Shown piece by piece: positions 56,433 to 64,000 of a DNA stretch of 64,000 nt. The DNA lies in the NCBI GenBank assembly GCA_041651055.1, contig JBAZJW010000001.1, positions 472,506-536,505 on the forward strand, read 5' to 3'. The notes beneath the pieces were generated by a model, which ran no database searches, was not told the DNA's origin, and saw only the letters and a list, made by a program, of their open reading frames with translations. A program made the position numbers and the translations under genes. This DNA is from Minisyncoccota bacterium (lineage in GTDB: Bacteria; Patescibacteriota; Minisyncoccia; Phycocordibacterales; UBA5272). Position 1 is the stretch's first letter. Each line of letters begins with the position of its first letter.

Positions 56433-58394
56433 TCAGCCTTGTATTGTCAGACGTTTAGACACAATATCGACAACCAGCCCGTCATAGTTGACTGCCGTCA
56501 TTTCCACATCAGGTGAAGCCGTGAAGCCGAACGAGTTAAACAGCTTGCACATTTTCGTGTTGCTCTTGTAGGTGATTGCGTGCAACTTCTCTACCTCTGC
56601 CTCCTTCGCCCAATCAACCAAAGTACACATGAGATGCTGCCCTATCCCCTCTCCTTCGCGACCGCTTAGTCGAGAGAAGGCAACCTCATACTCCTTTTCA
56701 CCTTCAACTTTGAATGCGTGCGCCACTCCAATAATGGCACCATGTAATTCAACGACGAAGGCGGCGTGCTTCACAAAATCAAGCGAATGAACATACCAAT
56801 CGTTCATACGTTTGTCAGACGTAAGATACGAAACACTTACCGTTCCCATGTATCGACTGGCGAGGTCTGAGGTCGACTGAGAATTAAGGTATGTTCTGAT
56901 TGCGGGAATATCGTTTGATGTTGCTGGACGAACAGTTACATGCTCACCGCTTTTCAAAAGAACGATTCGTGGGGGAATGACCCCGACCCCTTGCATTGCA
57001 GGAAGAAGCCCCACTTTTCTCTCAAGCGAGAATCTCCACTTCGGACAAGAGACCTCCAACATTGCTTCTACTCGTTGACGGTCCGAGCGACCTCGCAAGT
57101 CGGCAACACCTTGCTCAGTTATTACAACGAGAGGCAAGTTGGCACTAATGGTGTAATGAGACCCTTCTGCGTGGACATCAACAATCTTGCCCTCTTCCGT
57201 TCCTTCCCCTAAGAAAACGGAACTTCGGAAAGCAATGATGGAGACCCCTCCACGAGAACGACGCGCTCCGTAAGCGAAATCGTACTGACCACCAACATCG
57301 GAGTAATACTCCTTGCCAATCATCGACGCAACAACTTGACCAAGCAGACTCACAGCAAGTGCTGTGTTAATGCTAGCCATATAGTCATTACGCCCAATCA
57401 TGAAAGGATCGTTCACAATTTCTTGTGGAAGCACCACAAAGTCGTGATTCTCGTGCATCGTCTCATACAACTCTTTCGAGCCAAGGACGAATCCGACAAC
57501 GATACGGTCGCGGAGATACTCCCCTCGAGTGTTCCGAATCAATCCTGCTTTGTAGAGCTGAAGGACCCCATCTGAGAACATTTCAGACCAAATGCCGCGA
57601 ACAGACACCCCAAGTGTCGCAAGCATTTCTGCGAACGCATTTGGAATAGCTCCGATACCCAGCTGAAGTGTGTGGGGAAGCTCAGAAACCTCGGAATAAG
57701 AAGACAGGAATCTGACAATCTTGCTCGCAACCGCTTTAGACGGCAAGACATCCTTCGGTTTGATCTTCATCGCGTGCTCAAGGAGTATTTCATCCTGATA
57801 CACTACGAGGTCGAACTCATCGAGGAACATCGCGCATCCGTAATCGATCTCGAGGCCAGTCTCCTTATCCTTGATCTTTCCAATTGCGAAGCGAGGCATA
57901 TTACTATTCACGACCGCGATCTTGAATTTCGCATTCCTGACTGCGGAGATGTCGAGTCCAGCATTCAAGCCGAGTGTGACACGTCCAAGGTCATCAGGAG
58001 ACGAAACGTGCGCGAACGCAACATCAGGACGCCAGAGTCCTTCGAAAAGTTCGTGCACGTTGGAAAGATGTTCATGAATATTGTCCGCATGTCCTTCGTT
58101 TACCAGATCACGAACCCCGGGTCCAATGAATGGTGTTACAGGCCTCACGCCGTGTGCAACTGCTTTCCTCCATCCATGTTTATCGCCGAGTGAGAGTGTC
58201 TGAAACACATAGGTCAGCTCACCTCCAGTAATAATCCGTGCATTAGTGAACAAGAGTTCTTCGAGCCATCCAATTCTTCCTGTGTTACCAGGAATGTAAA
58301 GAACTGGAGTCTTCCCCTCTTTTTGAATCAAACCAAAAATCTCCCCTACGTAGTTCATGGCAACGGGGGCAGTGCAAACCTTTTTGTTAGTCAT
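56433..58394 (-). CDS. Acetyl-CoA hydrolase/CoA-transferase fused to a C-terminal GNAT domain
   Basis: TLQLGIGAIP, SEMFSDG, SIN.A..V.L.GQV, GGQYDF..GA and VITEQGVADLRG; GNAT part EG.GIG..L...N.KM..LF..FGF. Confidence 0.88.
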   Translation of the reverse strand: MTNKKVCTAPVAMNYVGEIFGLIQKEGKTPVLYIPGNTGRIGWLEELLFTNARIITGGELTYVFQTLSLGDKHGWRKAVAHGVRPVTPFIGPGVRDLVNEGHADNIHEHLSNVHELFEGLWRPDVAFAHVSSPDDLGRVTLGLNAGLDISAVRNAKFKIAVVNSNMPRFAIGKIKDKETGLEIDYGCAMFLDEFDLVVYQDEILLEHAMKIKPKDVLPSKAVASKIVRFLSSYSEVSELPHTLQLGIGAIPNAFAEMLATLGVSVRGIWSEMFSDGVLQLYKAGLIRNTRGEYLRDRIVVGFVLGSKELYETMHENHDFVVLPQEIVNDPFMIGRNDYMASINTALAVSLLGQVVASMIGKEYYSDVGGQYDFAYGARRSRGGVSIIAFRSSVFLGEGTEEGKIVDVHAEGSHYTISANLPLVVITEQGVADLRGRSDRQRVEAMLEVSCPKWRFSLERKVGLLPAMQGVGVIPPRIVLLKSGEHVTVRPATSNDIPAIRTYLNSQSTSDLASRYMGTVSVSYLTSDKRMNDWYVHSLDFVKHAAFVVELHGAIIGVAHAFKVEGEKEYEVAFSRLSGREGEGIGQHLMCTLVDWAKEAEVEKLHAITYKSNTKMCKLFNSFGFTASPDVEMTAVNYDGLVVDIVSKRLTIQG

Positions 58395-58590
58395 TTAGAA
58401 TTCCCTCACGAGTGACTGTTGATAAAGAACCGTATTTTTATATGAGTGATATACATCACCTGTCTCTACAAACACCCTACCATATTATCTATAAGGGGTG
58501 CAATAATTTTGATCTATTCCAAAACTCCAATAAGGAACTTTTAAAAAACCGAAATTCGGCATACACTAGAAACTATTACACGAACACTCC

Positions 58591-58845
58591 CTATTTAAGC
58601 CCGGCTCTTACACATGCCACAACCGAAACGTATTTCTTGGTCGCTACGTATGCCTTCTCTGTAGCGTTGGCACAATTAATAAGTACGAGTCCTGTTTTTG
58701 TTTGCTTTGCACTTTTTTCTTGTAGCTGTGTAAGTGCGATGTTAGCAGTATTAAGCTTTGCAACCTGTGCTGTGTGGTCAAAAAAGAAGGCCACCGACAC
58801 GCCAATTAAGAGAACGCTGAGCAAAACGATTGAAATTGTTTTCAT
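58591..58845 (-). CDS. Small membrane-anchored hypothetical protein
   Basis: MKTISIVLL... signal/TM; TATACT upstream. Confidence 0.5.
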   Translation of the reverse strand: MKTISIVLLSVLLIGVSVAFFFDHTAQVAKLNTANIALTQLQEKSAKQTKTGLVLINCANATEKAYVATKKYVSVVACVRAGLK

Positions 58846-58939
58846 AAAAATGTATAGAGATAGTATACAACATAATGAGGAGGAGTTGGGGGATAAGTGA
58901 GAATAAAAAAGCCCCCACGTTTCCGTGAGGGGTGGGCGA

Positions 58940-59356
58940 TTAGCCGAGTTGTCCGTGTCGCGTCCATGCGCGCCGCGTGCAGGTGAGTGCAACGAGGGCG
59001 GCGCCGAAAGCGGAAAAGACACAGGCCCAGAGCGTGCTGGTGCGTGCGAACTCTTCAACACTGGCGTACAACTCCAGATCCTTCATCTGCGGAATCATCA
59101 GGCCGGAGCCGACGAGGCCTGCAAGGCAGATGACCAGCCATCCGATGAGGAACAGCAGGCGGGCGCGCTTGGTGACGGCAACCTCCTTCAACGCAAAGTG
59201 CAGTACGAAGTACTGGAACACAAAGCTATTGAAGAAAATCAGGACGCCGATAAAGGCCAGTGCCCCCGACAAGGCCAGGCCGGTCACGCCCGAAAGCGCA
59301 AGGGTGGCCAAGAAGCTGTACAGAATGCGGGCGACAAGGTGAAGTTCTTTGATCAT
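58940..59356 (-). CDS. GC-rich four-TM hypothetical protein
   Basis: Hydrophobic 138-aa ORF with its own promoter, GGAG upstream and terminator (about 58906-58937). Confidence 0.6.
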   Translation of the reverse strand: MIKELHLVARILYSFLATLALSGVTGLALSGALAFIGVLIFFNSFVFQYFVLHFALKEVAVTKRARLLFLIGWLVICLAGLVGSGLMIPQMKDLELYASVEEFARTSTLWACVFSAFGAALVALTCTRRAWTRHGQLG

Positions 59357-59389
59357 GCTATGTTCTCCGGGTTGTTAAAGGACTTAACC

Positions 59390-59418
59390 AGTATAGCATG
59401 AAAAATAGACTGTGTCAA
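59390..59418 (-). promoter_or_regulatory. Near-consensus sigma70 promoter
   Basis: TTGACA-N17-TATACT. Confidence 0.8.
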
Positions 59419-59436
59419 TAGCTTGCGAAGAGATCG

Positions 59437-59629
59437 GCTCTCGGCAGGAATCGGCTACAAATCTTTTTTCGTCGCCACTCAAAAAGTTCGCAGCCCGCCG
59501 CTCGTGGTTTTTCTTGCTAGAAAAACATCACTGCGCCCATTCGATTCCTGACGAAAAGCGCGCAGGCGCTTTTCTCCGAGAGCACAAAATACAAAAACCA
59601 CTTCTTTATGAAGTGGTTTTTGTATTTTG
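59437..59629. repeat. tRNA-Arg(GCG)-linked palindromic element
   Basis: gctctcggcaggaatcg (tRNA 3' duplicate), scaffold ggctacaaa...ttcgcagccc, split copy ttcgattcctg|hairpin|ccgagagca, and cacaaaatacaaaaa hairpin. Confidence 0.88.
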
Positions 59630-59701
59630 TGCTCTCGGCAGGAATCGAACCTGCATCGCAAGTACCGCAAACTTGAATTCTATCCATTGAACTACGAGAG
59701 C
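59630..59701 (-). tRNA. tRNA-Arg(GCG)
   Basis: GCTCTCG...CGAGAGC-A, anticodon arm CAAGT-TTGCGGT-ACTTG. Confidence 0.93.
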
Positions 59702-59760
59702 ATGTGTACCACGAAAGTTTTCTCACGTGATACCGTACACCGCACGAGAAGTTTCTCTAG

Positions 59761-59865
59761 AAACTGAATGCAGTACGAGGAGCTTAGAAATTTTTGGAAG
59801 TAAGGCGTACATGCTAGTACGACGACTGAGAAAAATTCCGTAGCGACAACGTAATGCGTCAGTTT
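59761..59865. repeat. GTAC-loop palindromic element after rpsT
   Basis: aaactga...aaggcgtacatgctagtacg...caacg...tcagttt. Confidence 0.65.
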
Positions 59866-60130
59866 ATTTAGAAACTTTCGCTACAGCCTTTGCGAGGCGT
59901 GACTTCTTGCGGTTCGCAGTCCCCTTCTTGATAGTACCCTTCTTTGCAGCTTTATCGAGAGCTTTGAAAGCGAGAGAAAGATCTGAAGTGAGTGCTTTCG
60001 CATCCTTACTTACAACATCTTTGCGGACAGTTTTCACAGCTTCCTTCATTGTACGACGAACACGGTCGTTAACGACTCGCTTTCTATCGCTTACACGTAA
60101 TGCTTTCTTTGCGTTTTTTGTAATTGCCAT
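59864..60130 (-). CDS. rpsT: 30S ribosomal protein S20
   Basis: MAITKNAKKALR and LDKAAKKG.IKK..ANRKKSRL. Confidence 0.97.
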   Translation of the reverse strand: MAITKNAKKALRVSDRKRVVNDRVRRTMKEAVKTVRKDVVSKDAKALTSDLSLAFKALDKAAKKGTIKKGTANRKKSRLAKAVAKVSK

Positions 60131-60292
60131 ATCTTTTTTGTATGCCTCACTATACCACGTATCGTCAACCTTTTCAAGGCGAACAATACGTCAAAAAATG
60201 AAAAGTCCATAAAGTGAAAAGTGGGGGCAATTTCATTCCCTATACAAACCCACAACCTAACACCCACAAACTATTCCTGATATACTACCCCC

Positions 60293-60853
60293 ATGATTGG
60301 ATTTCTTCGCGGCAAAGCCCTAATAAGTAATGAAAGCGCTGTACTGCTTGATGTTTCTGGTGTTGGCTATCGCGTCCACTGTCCTTTACCTCTTCTTGTT
60401 TCTGTAACGGTTGGCCAAGAAATGTCTCTCTATATTCATTCTCATATACGTGAAGACCAGTTCACGTTGTATGGATTCAAGGATGAACTCGATCTTTTCC
60501 TTTTTGAAAAACTTATAGGTGTCTCTGGTATCGGACCGAAATCTGCGCTTGCCATGCTGTCTGTTCATTCCCCTGCTTCTATCGCGGACGCTGTCGAAAG
60601 AGAAGATGTTTCTGCTCTTTCGCACACACCAGGTGTTGGTAAAAAAACTGCTGAGAAAATTATACTCGAACTTCGAGGAAAACTTTCTCATCTCGTAGGA
60701 ACAAAAGAAACTGACACAACCTACGAAGTTCGTCTTGCTCTTGAAACCCTCGGATACTCTTCAAAAGAAATTCATGACGTTCTCCAAAAACTTCATGTCG
60801 ACAAGAAAACAACCAGTGCACTTATCAAAGAAGCCTTAAGTCTCCTTCAATAA
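60293..60853 (+). CDS. ruvA: Holliday junction branch migration protein RuvA
   Basis: MIGFLRG, GVGY, REDQFTLYGF, VSGIGPK and PGVGKKTAEKIILEL. Confidence 0.97.
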   Translation: MIGFLRGKALISNESAVLLDVSGVGYRVHCPLPLLVSVTVGQEMSLYIHSHIREDQFTLYGFKDELDLFLFEKLIGVSGIGPKSALAMLSVHSPASIADAVEREDVSALSHTPGVGKKTAEKIILELRGKLSHLVGTKETDTTYEVRLALETLGYSSKEIHDVLQKLHVDKKTTSALIKEALSLLQ

Positions 60854-60857
60854 TTAT

Positions 60858-62165
60858 ATGGAAAAAATTCTACGCGCCATCGAAAATCTCATTCCAAAAA
60901 AACTCTACTCATTCTTTCAGCCAATCTATCATTTCCTTCTTGCTCTGACCGGCACCTATCTTTACCGAAATCCATCTCGAAACATTTTTGTCATCGGTGT
61001 CACGGGCACGAAAGGAAAATCTTCAACAACAGAATTCATTAATGCTGTGCTCGAAGCCTCTGGAAAGAAAACTGCAATTCTTTCAACAATACGTTTTAAG
61101 GTTGGAGAAGACAGTCATGCCAACAAATATAAAATGACAATGCCGGGAAGATTCTTCACACAAAAGTTTCTCCGCGATGCGGTAGATGCGAAGTGTGAAT
61201 ACGCGATTATTGAAATGACCTCTGAAGGTGCACGCTTCTATCGTCATGTTGGTGTCGAAATGGATGCGCTTGTGTTCACCAACCTCTCCCCTGAGCACAT
61301 CGAGTCCCATGGGTCGTTTGAAAAATACAAAGCCGCAAAGCTTCGTCTCGTAAGACATCTCGCCAAAAGTCCGAAGGCAGTGCGCATGTCTATCGCAAAC
61401 GTGGACAATGAACACGCTCCCTCTTTTCTTGTTCATGATGTTGAAAAAAACATTGGCTACTCGCTCAAGGATGTAGAAATTATTTCTGAAACAGAAACAT
61501 CAAGTACTGTGCTGTGGCAAGATACAAAAATAACCATACCTCTTCCGGGTAAATTTAATATTTCAAATGCAGTCGCAGCACTCACGCTTGCGCGAGAGTT
61601 AGGAGTTTCTGTGGAAGATGCCAAGAAAGGAATCGAAGGGCTGTCGCTTATTCGCGGACGAGTAGAAAGAATTGAGATGGAACCTCTCGAAGGAACTCGA
61701 GGTAAACAAGATTTCACGGTCATCGTCGACTACGCACACACCGATGATTCTCTTCGCAAGTTGTATGAAGCGTTTCCTTTGTCTCGAAAGATTGCCGTGC
61801 TCGGCTCTACCGGTGGAGGAAGAGATTCTTGGAAGCGTCCCGTCTTAGGAAAAATTGCAGACGAACTGTGTGAAGAAATTATCATCACCAACGAAGATCC
61901 GTATGATGAAAATCCTATGAAAATTATTAACGAAGTGGCAAGCGGTGTAACCAACCATATCCCTATTATTCTTCCGGATCGTCGTGAAGCAATAGCAAAA
62001 GCAATTTCACTCGCGCGTACTGGTGATGTCGTTCTCATCAGCGGGAAAGGTACCGATCCGTACATCATGGGTCCACATGGTGCGAAAGAAGTGTGGGACG
62101 ACGCGACCGTGGCGAGGGAGGAGTTGGGGAAGAAGTTAGGAGAACGAAGTAGGGAGCATGAATAA
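60858..62165 (+). CDS. murE: MurE-like UDP-MurNAc-tripeptide synthetase
   Basis: GVTGTKGKSST, EMTSEG, FTNLSPEH, DYAHT, GGGRD..KRP and GKG. Confidence 0.88.
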   Translation: MEKILRAIENLIPKKLYSFFQPIYHFLLALTGTYLYRNPSRNIFVIGVTGTKGKSSTTEFINAVLEASGKKTAILSTIRFKVGEDSHANKYKMTMPGRFFTQKFLRDAVDAKCEYAIIEMTSEGARFYRHVGVEMDALVFTNLSPEHIESHGSFEKYKAAKLRLVRHLAKSPKAVRMSIANVDNEHAPSFLVHDVEKNIGYSLKDVEIISETETSSTVLWQDTKITIPLPGKFNISNAVAALTLARELGVSVEDAKKGIEGLSLIRGRVERIEMEPLEGTRGKQDFTVIVDYAHTDDSLRKLYEAFPLSRKIAVLGSTGGGRDSWKRPVLGKIADELCEEIIITNEDPYDENPMKIINEVASGVTNHIPIILPDRREAIAKAISLARTGDVVLISGKGTDPYIMGPHGAKEVWDDATVAREELGKKLGERSREHE

Positions 62166-62520
62166 AATACAAACATTTACAGACCTAATTACTTGGCAAG
62201 AAGGACATGTTCTTGTTCTTGAAATTTACAAAATAACAAAAACATTACCAAGGCAAGAACAGTACGGAATAACCAGTCAAATACAGCGCGCTGCAGTATC
62301 CGTAACATGTAACATTGCAGAAGGATTTGGAAGAAGAGGTCAAAAAGAAAAAGTTCAATTCTACTATATTGCTCATGGATCATTAACAGAAACACAGAAC
62401 TTACTGTTTATCTTACGAGATACGGGATTTATTTCTCAAGAACTAGCAGTTTCCGTATTTGCTCAGACCGCTAAAGTCCAATCACTCCTTAATGGTTTAA
62501 TACGAAGCACAAAGGAATAG
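62158..62520 (+). CDS. Four-helix-bundle protein (23S rRNA IVP/bAvd-like family)
   Basis: FTDLITWQ, P..EQYG..SQ..RAAVSV..NIAEG and A.GSL.E. Confidence 0.92.
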   Translation: MNKIQTFTDLITWQEGHVLVLEIYKITKTLPRQEQYGITSQIQRAAVSVTCNIAEGFGRRGQKEKVQFYYIAHGSLTETQNLLFILRDTGFISQELAVSVFAQTAKVQSLLNGLIRSTKE

Positions 62521-62567
62521 TGTTCATACTTCTTGCTCCATACTTCATTCTTCTGTAGAGTATATCC

Positions 62568-63488
62568 ATGCCAGAACTCCCCGAGGTACATACTACCGTC
62601 ACCGGTTTACAAAACGTTTTACCGAATCTTTCTATCACGGATATTTGGTCAGATATGTGGAGCGAGTCAAAACTTGCGAAGAATACGATTAAAGATCGTG
62701 ATTATTTTTCCTATTTCAAAAAATACACACTCAATCAAAAAGTTCTTCAGGTGAGACGTCGCGCAAAATATATTCTCATTGATTTAGAAAATGGTTTCAC
62801 GATAGTTGTTCATATGAAGATGACAGGCCATCTCATGTATGGAATGTACAAGCATGATGCAAACTACAATGGTCGGGAATGGTCATGGATTCCGACCGAA
62901 AAAGATTCACCTCTCCACGATTCATACAACCGTCACATTCACGTCGTGTTCACACTTTCCAATAAAAAGCAGTTGGTGTTTTGTGACTCTCGCAAGTTCG
63001 GCACCATTGTTGTACAGAAAACAGATACGTTACACACCGACAAACTTGCTCACCTTGGCCCCGAACCTCTCGAAACGTCGTTTACCTTTCCTCTCTTTGC
63101 GGAACGACTCATGAAATCCCCTGCTCGCGCCATCAAAACAGTTCTCATGGACCAAACAATTATTTCCGGTATTGGAAATATTTATTCTGATGAAATGTTG
63201 CACCGCGCGCACATTCTTCCTACACGTACACCAAAAAGTCTCAATGAAAAAGAAAAGAAATTATTGTATGTATCACTACGCGAAGTTTTGAAAAAAGGAA
63301 TTGATTTCGGTGGTGACAGTATGAGTGATTACAGAAACATAGAAGGGTCTCGTGGTGAGTTTCAGAAAAAGCACCTCGTCTATTTAAGAACAAAAGAAAA
63401 ATGTTTTACCAGAGGATGTAGTGGAACAATTGAAAAGAAAACAATAGGAGGAAGATCTGCGCATTTTTGTCCAAAGTGTCAGAAATAG
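62568..63488 (+). CDS. mutM: Formamidopyrimidine-DNA glycosylase
   Basis: MPELPEV, RRAK, HMKMTG, GIGNIYSDE and C-terminal Zn finger. Confidence 0.96.
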   Translation: MPELPEVHTTVTGLQNVLPNLSITDIWSDMWSESKLAKNTIKDRDYFSYFKKYTLNQKVLQVRRRAKYILIDLENGFTIVVHMKMTGHLMYGMYKHDANYNGREWSWIPTEKDSPLHDSYNRHIHVVFTLSNKKQLVFCDSRKFGTIVVQKTDTLHTDKLAHLGPEPLETSFTFPLFAERLMKSPARAIKTVLMDQTIISGIGNIYSDEMLHRAHILPTRTPKSLNEKEKKLLYVSLREVLKKGIDFGGDSMSDYRNIEGSRGEFQKKHLVYLRTKEKCFTRGCSGTIEKKTIGGRSAHFCPKCQK

Positions 63489-63603
63489 AAAAGAGGAGAG
63501 CGTGTAAAGTTTAGAGAGATACAAAATACAATGACCGTCATTGTATTTGAATATTGATTATTGTTTCATTGAATATTATTTCTCCTGCTATACTATTCCT
63601 CAT

Positions 63604-63759
63604 ATGGGAGTACTTCTAAAAATCTTCTTCGGCTTCTGGCTCGTATGGCTACTCTGGTATGTTACTGGTGGACCTCTTCGTGACGACAGATCAAAACCAT
63701 ATATTGGGTTTAATCAAGGAGGACAATTAGAAAACTTTGGAACGAGCACGGTCAAATAG
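63604..63759 (+). CDS. Small membrane protein
   Basis: Hydrophobic N-terminus and LWYVTGGP; TATACT 9 nt upstream. Confidence 0.5.
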   Translation: MGVLLKIFFGFWLVWLLWYVTGGPLRDDRSKPYIGFNQGGQLENFGTSTVK

Positions 63760-64000
63760 GTTCCTTGGTCGCTCTTCCCAGACTGGAAAAGCGTTGTATT
63801 TTGTGATAGTATGTTAAAACGTTATTCGAAAAGACTTTATTGTGTTTGGTTTTTCTAAAGTCTAATGTCTAATGTCTAAAATCTGTTTCCGTGTCCCTGT
63901 GGCTCGAGCGGCTCGGCCGCGAGATGTCGTAAGCTAGCAAGCGTCGACGCAAGTCGGTAGATATAGCAAAGCGTGCACATGGTGAGTAGGTAGTAAAATA

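Noticed and set aside
58925-59401. Plus-strand 158-aa ORF
   Set aside because: Antisense shadow of the GC-rich minus-strand gene, which has the promoter, SD and terminator.
62158-62520. Diversity-generating retroelement (Avd-like gene)
   Set aside because: No reverse transcriptase and no TR/VR pair differing at adenines was seen.
70-63488. Alternative genetic code (UGA recoding as in Gracilibacteria/SR1)
   Set aside because: Conserved genes are full length under code 11, and TGA serves as a stop (for example argS).

Overview
This is a 64-kb bacterial chromosome segment that reads as Patescibacteria/CPR (Parcubacteria-like). The evidence is compact housekeeping genes (metG, recO, ileS, argS, glyA, folA, rplK-nusG-secE, eno, rplS, ruvX, rpsT, ruvA, murE, mutM), an IleRS with an inserted histidine-phosphatase domain, rplK with no adjacent rplA, and many -10 boxes 6-7 nt before start codons. 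Six tRNA genes are present: His-GTG, Leu-GAG, Val-TAC, Arg-TCT, Ser-TGA and Arg-GCG. Four observations stand out. (1) A family of tRNA-linked palindromic elements has a shared scaffold but variable segments that copy the 3' end of each element's own tRNA. (2) An AT-rich nucleotide-metabolism cassette between glyA and folA encodes a ThyA homolog with the Asn-to-Asp change typical of dCMP-modifying enzymes, beside a deaminase, a HIT hydrolase, a nucleotidyltransferase and a CYTH protein. (3) An ileS T-box has an Actinobacteria-type ultra-short stem I but is coupled to a transcription terminator. (4) A ~12-kb serine-recombinase island at tRNA-Ser carries a methylase, superinfection-immunity, HEPN and TIGR02391-like genes. 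All calls come from reading sequence and motifs by eye; no searches or folding programs were run.
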